Source: Ignavibacteriota bacterium (GTDB lineage: Bacteria > Bacteroidota > Ignavibacteria > UBA10030 > UBA6906). From it: 64,000 nt of DNA. Positions 36,848 through 44,428 of the stretch are shown in pieces. The stretch lies in assembly GCA_963801355.1 (NCBI GenBank), contig CAWDEM010000004.1, positions 1,440,001-1,504,000 on the forward strand. The letters are read 5' to 3'. How positions within the stretch are numbered: position 1 is the stretch's first letter; each line of letters opens with the position of its first letter. A program made the translations under genes and the position numbers. The notes under the pieces are model-generated. The model saw only the letters and a list, made by a program, of their open reading frames with translations, was not told the origin of the DNA and ran no database searches.

Positions 36848-37144
36848 ATGAATCTCTTTGTTGGGAACCTCAGCCGCGACGTGACGGAAGTGGAACTTCG
36901 TGAGCTTTTTGAGCCCTTTGGAAAACTCGCCTCTGTCAGCATTGTCAAGGACAAATTCTCGGGTGTTTCAAAGGGATTTGCCTTCGTAGAGATGCCCGTG
37001 AAAGAAGAGGCCGAGGCGGCCATCGCAGGGTTGTACAGAAAGCAGCTCAAGGGACAATCCATGGATGTTACAGAAGCCCGGCCGCGCGAGGCAAGAAAAT
37101 CGGGTCCCGGTGGGCGCGGCGGCGGAAAGCGCCGTTCATGGTAG
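36848..37144 (+). CDS. RRM (RNP-1/RNP-2) RNA-binding protein
   Basis: LFVGNL (RNP-2), SKGFAFVEM (RNP-1), EARPRE, Gly/Arg tail. Confidence 0.95.
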   Translation: MNLFVGNLSRDVTEVELRELFEPFGKLASVSIVKDKFSGVSKGFAFVEMPVKEEAEAAIAGLYRKQLKGQSMDVTEARPREARKSGPGGRGGGKRRSW

Positions 37145-37490
37145 AGGGAAGATTGCCGTGAAGGGAAGAGATCGCGATTTCATTAGGAAGTGATCGGCGA
37201 AATCACTATCATGAAGTGTTGATGATGATGCGTCAGGTTCTGTCGGGACTGAAACAGTAGACCGCTATCCGTTATTCCCCCGGGTACCGCTCCTCCGAAG
37301 TTTATCGACACAACACTCGCCTCCAGTTCTACCAGCGCGTTCAGCTGTATTGTAGACCATCACCTGGGCCCCCGGGGTTCTTGAGCCCGCGTCCGGCGTT
37401 TCTCCATTGTGTCAAACGTCCAGCGTCTGCTCCCCTGCCTCCGGATTGCCCGAGCAGTTCATTGTTGTATCATATTTCACAAAGGTTTTT

Positions 37491-38825
37491 ATGAGTTTTA
37501 CATCTTTTGGTCTTTCTGACAGGATTTTGGACGCAGTTCACGCGGTCGGGTATACGACACCGACGCCCATCCAAACGCTCGCCATTCATCCGGCGCTGGC
37601 GGGGAAGGATCTTATCGCTAGTGCACAGACAGGCACCGGAAAGACCGCGGCATTTGTATTGCCGCTCTTGCACCGGCTCGCCGCCGGTGTTACGCAGCAC
37701 GGTCACCAACGTGATCCCCGCGCACTCGTGCTCACGCCCACGCGCGAACTTGCGCAGCAAGTCCAGCAGGCAGTGGCCGACTACGGCCGCTTCCTCTCTT
37801 TGCGGGCGCTTTCCGTGTATGGTGGCGTGAGCATTGACGCCCAGCTCAAGCAGCTCCGGATTGGAGCGGATATTGTGGTTGCCACCCCCGGTCGTTTGCT
37901 GGATCACATGCAGCGCGGTTCCGTCGACCTCTCGCAGGTGGAAGTTCTCGTCCTTGACGAGGCGGACCGGATGCTGGATATGGGTTTCATCAAGGACATC
38001 CGGAAAATTGTGGGTGCGATACCCAAGAAACGGCAGACGCTGCTCTTCTCGGCCACGATTTCTTCTGATATCGCGTCGATGGCGGCCAGCATTCTGCATG
38101 ATCCTCAAACCGTGGAAGCAGACAGGCAGGGGAATCCCGTGGCAGCGATCGAGCAACACTTCTATGCAGTCCCGAAGGAGTCGAAGACGGACCTTCTCGT
38201 CCATGCGCTCAAGCAGGAAAACATGGAAAGCGTGCTGGTGTTCTCGCGGACCAAGCATGGTGCGGACAAGATCACCCGCCGGCTGAGTCAGCGCGGTGTT
38301 GCAGCCGTGGCCATTCATTCCGATCGCACGCAGGGGCAGCGAGAGCGTGCGCTGGAAGGCTTTCGCCGCGGGCAGGTCCGGGTGCTTGTGGCAACGGACA
38401 TCGCAGCACGCGGCATCGACGTCACCGGGATCTCGCACGTCATCAACTTCGACGTCCCCCCGTATCCCGAAGACTACATCCACCGCATCGGCCGCACCGG
38501 CCGTGCCGGGGCAACCGGCTCTGCGCTGACGTTTGTCGGCAACGAGGAGCAGGACTACCTTCGCAAGATTGAACGGTTCACCGGACGCCGGTGTACGTTG
38601 AAGCAGTATCCCGGAGTGCCCGCGGCGGTTGCCGCACCGGCCGCGCCGGGTGAACGACCCGCGATGCCGGATCGTGCACGGCCGAAGTACCGCCCGCAGA
38701 TCGGCCGTCATGCACGTCCTCAACGCAAGAATGCGCCGGAAATGACCGCGCGGAAGAAGAAGCCGATCCACAAGATGGAGTCATACTCATCCTCCGCGGG
38801 CGAGCAGCGCTGGTCAAACCACTGA
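37491..38825 (+). CDS. rhlE: DEAD-box RNA helicase (RhlE-like)
   Basis: Q motif GYTTPTPIQ, AQTGTGKT, PTRELA, TPGR, DEAD, SAT, ARGID, HRIGRTGR. Confidence 0.93.
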   Translation: MSFTSFGLSDRILDAVHAVGYTTPTPIQTLAIHPALAGKDLIASAQTGTGKTAAFVLPLLHRLAAGVTQHGHQRDPRALVLTPTRELAQQVQQAVADYGRFLSLRALSVYGGVSIDAQLKQLRIGADIVVATPGRLLDHMQRGSVDLSQVEVLVLDEADRMLDMGFIKDIRKIVGAIPKKRQTLLFSATISSDIASMAASILHDPQTVEADRQGNPVAAIEQHFYAVPKESKTDLLVHALKQENMESVLVFSRTKHGADKITRRLSQRGVAAVAIHSDRTQGQRERALEGFRRGQVRVLVATDIAARGIDVTGISHVINFDVPPYPEDYIHRIGRTGRAGATGSALTFVGNEEQDYLRKIERFTGRRCTLKQYPGVPAAVAAPAAPGERPAMPDRARPKYRPQIGRHARPQRKNAPEMTARKKKPIHKMESYSSSAGEQRWSNH

Positions 38826-38831
38826 AATACG

Positions 38832-38858
38832 CCCCGCGGCGGCAGTCCGCACGCGGGG
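38832..38858 (+). terminator. GC-rich hairpin after the helicase gene
   Basis: CCCCGCG-GCGG-CAGT-CCGC-A-CGCGGGG, followed by a weakly T-rich tail. Confidence 0.5.
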
Positions 38859-38938
38859 ATATGTTGGTTGTTACGGCGGGAATTCGTATTTTACTTTGAT
38901 TTGTACGCATGCACAATCTCATACCTGGAGGTAGTATC

Positions 38939-39631
38939 ATGAATGTATACTGGGCCGCCGCCCTCGTGGTCGGACTTGCCGGATGCCAGAGCACAAGCGA
39001 GAAGCAGGTGAAACTCGAGACGCAGACTGACAAAGTCAGCTACAGCATCGGGCTGAACATAGGTCAAAATATGAAACGGGATTCCATCAAGATCAACCCG
39101 GATGTGCTGGTACGTGGCATCATGGACGCCTCGTTGGACAGTGCCAGCCGTCTCATGACGGACTCGCAGATGCAGGAAACCATGACTGCCTTCCAGAAGG
39201 ACATGCAGATGAAACAACAGGAGAATGCCCGGCTGGCCGGAGAAAAGAACCGTGTTGAAGGTGAGGCCTATCTGACCGCCAACAGCAAGAAGGAAGGCGT
39301 CATCACGCTGCCGAGCGGATTGCAGTACCGCATCCTGACAAAGGGGACCGGCAAAAAGCCGTCGGCAACCTCAACGGTGACGACGCACTACGTGGGCAAG
39401 CTGATCAACGGGACGGAATTCGACAGCTCGGTGAAGCGGGGAGAACCCGCGACATTCCCGGTGAACGGTGTTATCAGAGGATGGACCGAAGCCCTGCAGA
39501 TGATGCCGGTGGGTTCGAAATGGGAGCTCGTGATACCCCCGTCGCTGGGTTACGGCGACCAGGGGGCGGGCGGCGTCATTCCGCCCAGCGCGGTTCTGGT
39601 GTTCGAAGTGGAGCTGCTGGCAATCAAGTAG
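38939..39631 (+). CDS. FKBP-type peptidyl-prolyl isomerase lipoprotein (FkpA/Mip-like)
   Basis: SD GGAGGT, lipobox LAGC, SYSIG, LPSGLQY, HYVGKLINGTEFDSS, VIRGWTE, IPPSLGYG, FEVEL. Confidence 0.93.
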   Translation: MNVYWAAALVVGLAGCQSTSEKQVKLETQTDKVSYSIGLNIGQNMKRDSIKINPDVLVRGIMDASLDSASRLMTDSQMQETMTAFQKDMQMKQQENARLAGEKNRVEGEAYLTANSKKEGVITLPSGLQYRILTKGTGKKPSATSTVTTHYVGKLINGTEFDSSVKRGEPATFPVNGVIRGWTEALQMMPVGSKWELVIPPSLGYGDQGAGGVIPPSAVLVFEVELLAIK

Positions 39632-39665
39632 TGCCCCGGTTGTCCGGTGCAAGCGCAGGCATACG

Positions 39666-39710
39666 ATTGCCCATGATCCCCTCGGTACGGATCATGGGCA
39701 ATATTTTTTT
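39666..39710 (+). terminator. Rho-independent terminator between the convergent FKBP and gatD genes
   Basis: 14-bp stem ATTGCCCATGATCC / GGATCATGGGCAAT, then ATTTTTTT. Confidence 0.85.
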
Positions 39711-39719
39711 GTGCCCCGA

Positions 39720-41102
39720 CTATCTTCTGTACCGCGAAATGAACTCCTCGACCTCCGGTATTCCTCCCTGGAAAATCAAGTAGCCGTTACTCGGCTCGCG
39801 CTCGGTGATCTCCCCGGCGATCGGGGTCATCATGATTTCCCGCACCTTCTGTACGTCATGAGTTTGTCCCAGTGCCCATCCCAGTTTGACGTAGGCAACC
39901 TCGGGCAGCATGTTCGCCCCGGGGACGACCCCTAATTCCATCATGTCGCGGCCGGTATCGTACACATACATCTGTACATACCCCCAGAGCGTTTGCACGG
40001 TCATATACACCGCAATCCCCTTCTCACGCGCGCGTTTCAACGACGGGTAGAGCGGCTTGTTGACATGTCCGAGGCCGGTGCCGGCGATAATGATGCCGCG
40101 GTAGTCATTATCGATCAGGGATTCGATGATATCCGGCTTCATGTTCGGATAGTAGTACACAATGCTGACCTTCTCTTCGAAGGCGGTGTTGACCACAACG
40201 TGCCGGTCTCTCCGGCGGCGTTTGTAGTCTCCCCGGAGAGGAGTAATCTTCTCGCGGCTGACCATTGCCAGGGGGATGTCACCGATGGTGCGAAATGTGG
40301 AACGATAACTCGAGTGCATTTTCCGGACCCGTGTACCACGGTGGAGAAGCCCGTAGTCGTCGGAGGTGGGTCCGAACATGCACACCATCGTTTCGGCGAT
40401 GTCGCTCTCGGCGGCGGTTTTCACGCTGTGCATCAGGTTCAGCGCGGCGTCCGACGACGGCCGGTCACTTGAACGTTGTGAGCCGACCATCACGATCGGC
40501 ACAGGCGACTCCTGCACCATGAAGGAGAGAATCGCCGCGGTGTGATGCATGGTGTCGGTACCGTGCCCGATGACGATGCCCTGAACTCCCTTTTCGATCT
40601 CCCGACCGATCGCCTGCGCTGTCCCGATCCATTGCTCGGGCCCCATGTTCTCGCTGAAAACTCCGTACAGCTTTTCGGTTTCGAGATTGCAGAGATCGGC
40701 GAGTTCGGGCACAGAGCCGTAGAGTTCTCCCGGTGAAAAGGCAGGGATGACCGCGCCCGTCCGATAATCCAGACGGCTCGCGATGGTCCCCCCCGTGCCA
40801 AGCAATTTCACGCGCGGCTTCTTGGGATCATACGGGAATTCCTTCTCGGGGATTTTGTAGTGGGCTTCCTTGCGCCCATGAACTGCGATGGCCTGCACGC
40901 TCCGTGCTGCGATACCGACATTGTACCCGCTCCGCAGTTTCAGCACGATGTGGTTCGCATCGGCAGTTTCCGAACGGGGGAGAACAATTCCCGTGAAAGA
41001 TCCGCGATCGGTCCGCACTTCTACGTCGCTCCAGACCTGGGCATTGTACTCCGTCAACGTGCTGAGGGCTTCACCGCGGTAGCCACGATAGTTGTCGTTC
41101 AT
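39720..41102 (-). CDS. gatD: Archaeal-type Glu-tRNA(Gln) amidotransferase subunit D
   Basis: GatD-specific N-terminal domain (GIVLPR...VLKLRSGYNVGI) plus an asparaginase-like domain with GTGGTIASRLDYRTGAV, HGTDTM, GSQRSSDRPSSDA, RGTRVRKMH, GTGLGHV, MLPEVAYVKLGWALG; ATGA-coupled to gatE. Confidence 0.93.
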   Translation of the reverse strand: MNDNYRGYRGEALSTLTEYNAQVWSDVEVRTDRGSFTGIVLPRSETADANHIVLKLRSGYNVGIAARSVQAIAVHGRKEAHYKIPEKEFPYDPKKPRVKLLGTGGTIASRLDYRTGAVIPAFSPGELYGSVPELADLCNLETEKLYGVFSENMGPEQWIGTAQAIGREIEKGVQGIVIGHGTDTMHHTAAILSFMVQESPVPIVMVGSQRSSDRPSSDAALNLMHSVKTAAESDIAETMVCMFGPTSDDYGLLHRGTRVRKMHSSYRSTFRTIGDIPLAMVSREKITPLRGDYKRRRRDRHVVVNTAFEEKVSIVYYYPNMKPDIIESLIDNDYRGIIIAGTGLGHVNKPLYPSLKRAREKGIAVYMTVQTLWGYVQMYVYDTGRDMMELGVVPGANMLPEVAYVKLGWALGQTHDVQKVREIMMTPIAGEITEREPSNGYLIFQGGIPEVEEFISRYRR

Positions 41103-43015
41103 CGCCCGGCCTCCGGTGTCATCAGTCCGAGGTACTCTGCCACCGCGCGGCCCGGGATGCGTCCCCGGACCTGCCCCATGACGAGACCCATGAGCCGCCG
41201 CTTCGCATTGGCCGGGGAATGCAGCCTGATGGCCTGAAGGTCGGCGCTGCAACGACCGGCGATGGACTGGAGTTCGTCATGCGAACAGGGAGGGGGGAGG
41301 GCGTGGCGCACAAACTGTTTTCCCTGTGCCACGGCAAGAAGAGAGGGAAGAATGCCCTCCCTGGCGAGGGATTTCTCGTGGATTGCCAGGAGTACTTCCT
41401 GCATGGTTTCTACGGTGAATCCCTCCCGGTTGCCGGTTTTTTTCTTGATCCTTTTTGGAAACTGCACAAGAGTCTCGGCGGCGATCGCCGGAGCGACATT
41501 CCATTCTTTCACTGCGCGCGCGAACAGGCCGGCAAACGGCGAAGTGCTGAGCGGAACCACAAGATCCTCCGGGACACCGATGACATGGTACCATCGCTCC
41601 CGTTCCCAGTAAGGCGGAGGAATGTCCACCCGGAGTCGTTCCAGCCGTTCCTTCATGATGCGGAGGGGGGGAAGGTCCGTGTCGGGGTACATCCGGTCGG
41701 GGCCGGGGAGAATCCTCTCGAAGCCGTTGGTTCCGTCGCGAAGCGCCTGGCGCGTTTCTGACGGAATGCCGATGGTCGCCTCGCGCGCCCGGAGAGCGAT
41801 CTCAGAGGCCCCCAGGGCGGCGTCCTGTGGACTCCCCCAGACGGCCACCAGCGTGTCATCGTCAGTGGCCCCCATGCTTTTGCGCAGCGTGCGCCACTCT
41901 GAGGATGGGAGTGTTTCGCTCGGGCTGTCGGAGTGGATGATATTCGGCAATGTCGTCAGGCAGGCCACGACCCTGACGCGGTCGGAGATCTCACGTGAGA
42001 AGAATGTGTCGGTCTGTGTTTGCCAGCGCAGCAGTCCCTGAAAGCCCCTCAGGAGAACGCCCTGCACCACGAGTCCGTCGGCCACCGCATTTCTGATCGG
42101 CTGATAGCGGGTCTTGCGAAGGAGCTTTGTCACCACTTCGGTCCTTGCGTCGAAGGAATCCCGGGTGATGCCGCGCCGGTGGAGCTCATCTCTGAGGCGC
42201 AGAAGATTTCGCTGGCGCATTGCTTCGTTGTAGGTGAGCAGCGGGATGTCGGGAATGCGGGGAACACCCTTGATCTCGATGCGGGTTCCCCCCGTGATGC
42301 TCACATTCACATCCTGCCGGGCGGCGCCCCCGCCCGTACGGACCTTTGATGTGCTGCGGACGAGTCTTCTCAGAATTTCGGCAACCTCCGCGACTTCTTG
42401 AGGCGTCCGCATGTCCGGTGCGGTGACGGTCTCGATGAGAGGCATCCCGAGTCGATCCGTGAGATAGGTTCTGCGGTGCCCCACGTCGCTCACCTCCCGG
42501 CATGCATCCTCCTCAAGGCCGAGCTGCACAATGGTGATAGTGCGGTCCCGGAATGGAATCGATCCGTTGACACCCACGATAGTGGTCCGCTGGAATCCGG
42601 TGGGGATGCTTCCGTCGAGATACTGTTTCCTGGCGATGTGGATCTCATCGACCATAGAGCAACCGTAGAGCATTCCGATGCCGAGCGCAATGTCCAGTGC
42701 ATCATCGTTCAGCTCGAACGGCGGGGTGTCGTCCATCTCGTAGGTGCATACCGTGTCCCGATGGATCTGGTAGATGATCTCTTTCTTTGTCTTGAACTCC
42801 ATGAGTGCTGTGCCGTCGTATTCACCCAGTTCGGACAGCGTGGGCCGCATGTGACGCAGGATCTCCGCGTCAAAGTGATCGCTGTAGCGTGCGGCGGGGC
42901 ACCGGCAAAAGAGCTTCTTCGACGTCAGCAGTTGTTGATGGATTTCGAGACCGGATTTGAATCCGAGAGCGGCATAGTCGTTCCCGGTCATTTCGGAGAA
43001 GGGTTTCGTGGGCAT
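41099..43015 (-). CDS. gatE: Archaeal-type Glu-tRNA(Gln) amidotransferase subunit E
   Basis: GLEIHQQL, KLFCRC, RPTLSELGEYD, DGS..GFQRT, LEEDA, DRLGMPLIE, RQDVNVSI, AspRS-like insertion domain (IIHSD), PSETR..L.DG...LPG..RMYPDTD, YqeY-like tail LMGLVMGQVRGR. At 638 aa it has GatE rather than GatB length. Confidence 0.93.
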   Translation of the reverse strand: MPTKPFSEMTGNDYAALGFKSGLEIHQQLLTSKKLFCRCPAARYSDHFDAEILRHMRPTLSELGEYDGTALMEFKTKKEIIYQIHRDTVCTYEMDDTPPFELNDDALDIALGIGMLYGCSMVDEIHIARKQYLDGSIPTGFQRTTIVGVNGSIPFRDRTITIVQLGLEEDACREVSDVGHRRTYLTDRLGMPLIETVTAPDMRTPQEVAEVAEILRRLVRSTSKVRTGGGAARQDVNVSITGGTRIEIKGVPRIPDIPLLTYNEAMRQRNLLRLRDELHRRGITRDSFDARTEVVTKLLRKTRYQPIRNAVADGLVVQGVLLRGFQGLLRWQTQTDTFFSREISDRVRVVACLTTLPNIIHSDSPSETLPSSEWRTLRKSMGATDDDTLVAVWGSPQDAALGASEIALRAREATIGIPSETRQALRDGTNGFERILPGPDRMYPDTDLPPLRIMKERLERLRVDIPPPYWERERWYHVIGVPEDLVVPLSTSPFAGLFARAVKEWNVAPAIAAETLVQFPKRIKKKTGNREGFTVETMQEVLLAIHEKSLAREGILPSLLAVAQGKQFVRHALPPPCSHDELQSIAGRCSADLQAIRLHSPANAKRRLMGLVMGQVRGRIPGRAVAEYLGLMTPEAGR

Positions 43016-43167
43016 TGGCTGGAGGTTCGGAGTCGTATTTTCCTTAATTTACGGAATCGGGGCGCGAATATCCATTGAGCACGCCTTGACTTTCTCTCCC
43101 GGTGCACGTTAATTGCTGCAGCATACGGCCGGAAGTTTGACCAACTACAAGCCGAGAGGACAAGGAA

Positions 43168-43599
43168 ATGACGACTGCTCGCAAACTCCTGGAGAGAAAA
43201 GGGTCGAAGGTGCTCACTATTGAGGCCGCTGCATCGGTCTTTGAGGCCCTGAAAGTCATGGCGGAGCACAACGTCGGTGCCCTGGTCGTGATGGATGCTA
43301 CCAGGCTGGTGGGTATTTTTTCCGAACGCGACTACGCCCGGAAGATCGTACTGAAGAACAAGTTCTCCCGGGATACAGCAGTCCGTGAAATCATGACCCA
43401 CGATCCCATCCTTGTGACGCCGGAATCCGAAGTCCGGGAATGCATGCGGCTCATGACCGATCATCAGGTGAGGCATCTTCCAGTCATAGACAAGGAAAAT
43501 CTGGTGGGCATCATCTCGATCGGCGACGTTGTCAAATGGATCATCGAGGATCAGGCCGACTCCATCCAGTTTCTGGAACGATATATCAAAGGGAGGTGA
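43168..43599 (+). CDS. CBS-domain pair protein
   Basis: MAEHNVGALVV, GIFSERDY, VREIMT, RHLPV, GIISIGDVVK. Confidence 0.93.
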   Translation: MTTARKLLERKGSKVLTIEAAASVFEALKVMAEHNVGALVVMDATRLVGIFSERDYARKIVLKNKFSRDTAVREIMTHDPILVTPESEVRECMRLMTDHQVRHLPVIDKENLVGIISIGDVVKWIIEDQADSIQFLERYIKGR

Positions 43600-43690
43600 C
43601 ACCGGGGGGAGAGTGCCCCTCTCCTCTGAACGGAACCCGCCGCGCCGATCCGCTGTTTATGATGTCAACAGATGAAAGGCTGTACGATAG

Positions 43691-44422
43691 ATGATCTTTT
43701 TGCTCGCGCTTCTGCTCCCACTCGGTTCAGTGGATGCCACCCCGGAGGTCTTTCCGGGGGACAGGGAGTTTGTCACGCGCGATTACGTGTCTGCGATTGC
43801 CGCGTACCAGACGCTTCTCGAAACCCGTCCCGATACTGCCGGCGTGTTCTGGCGGCTTGCCCGGGTGGAAGTGTGTCTGGGTGATGTCACCGAGGGTGCG
43901 GAGAGTGAAGCGCACTATCGCAAAGCGGAACAGCTGGCCCGCGGTGCAGTCAGACTCGATTCAATGAATGCGGATGCCCATACGTGGCTGGCGGTTGCGT
44001 TGGGGAGCATTGCCATGTTTGAGGGGAGCAAATCGAAGGTGCGGATGGCGCATGAGATCAAGTACCATCTCGACAGGGCAATCAGTCTCAACCCCAACGA
44101 CGACGTCGCTTACTCCGTGCTGGGCAGTTTCTACGCCGCGTTGGGAGACGTGAGCTGGCTGGAGCGCCAGCTGGCCAAAGTGTTTCTGGGCCGCCTCCCC
44201 GATGGGGGATATGAAGAAGCTGAAGTTGCGTTCCGCCGGGCCATCGCTCTGGCGCCGACGGTCATCAGGCACCACTATGCGTTCGGACTCCTTTTAAAGG
44301 CTCTGGACAGGGATGTGGAAGCCCGTAAGGAGTTTGAAAGCACGCTGTCTCTTCCCGTCGTTCTTGCCCGTGATGTCAAAGACCAGCTTGCCTCCCGCAG
44401 ATTTCTCTCTACCTTGCAATAA
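43691..44422 (+). CDS. Secreted TPR protein (RMD-like)
   Basis: Signal peptide; WRLARV, ADAHTWLAVALG, LDRAISLNPND, AFRRAIALAP helical repeats. Confidence 0.75.
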   Translation: MIFLLALLLPLGSVDATPEVFPGDREFVTRDYVSAIAAYQTLLETRPDTAGVFWRLARVEVCLGDVTEGAESEAHYRKAEQLARGAVRLDSMNADAHTWLAVALGSIAMFEGSKSKVRMAHEIKYHLDRAISLNPNDDVAYSVLGSFYAALGDVSWLERQLAKVFLGRLPDGGYEEAEVAFRRAIALAPTVIRHHYAFGLLLKALDRDVEARKEFESTLSLPVVLARDVKDQLASRRFLSTLQ

Positions 44423-44428
44423 CCCGTC

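Noticed and set aside
37470-38771. 433-aa antisense ORF over the DEAD-box helicase
   Set aside because: Antisense shadow of a conserved gene; no recognisable domain.
39720-41252. gatD read as a plain L-asparaginase, and the 510-aa long form of the ORF
   Set aside because: It has the GatD N-terminal domain and QRSSDRPSSD motif and is coupled to gatE. The extension upstream of 41102 overlaps gatE.
39632-43167. Mobile element or island carrying gatDE
   Set aside because: No integrase, transposase, tRNA attachment site or flanking direct repeats were seen.
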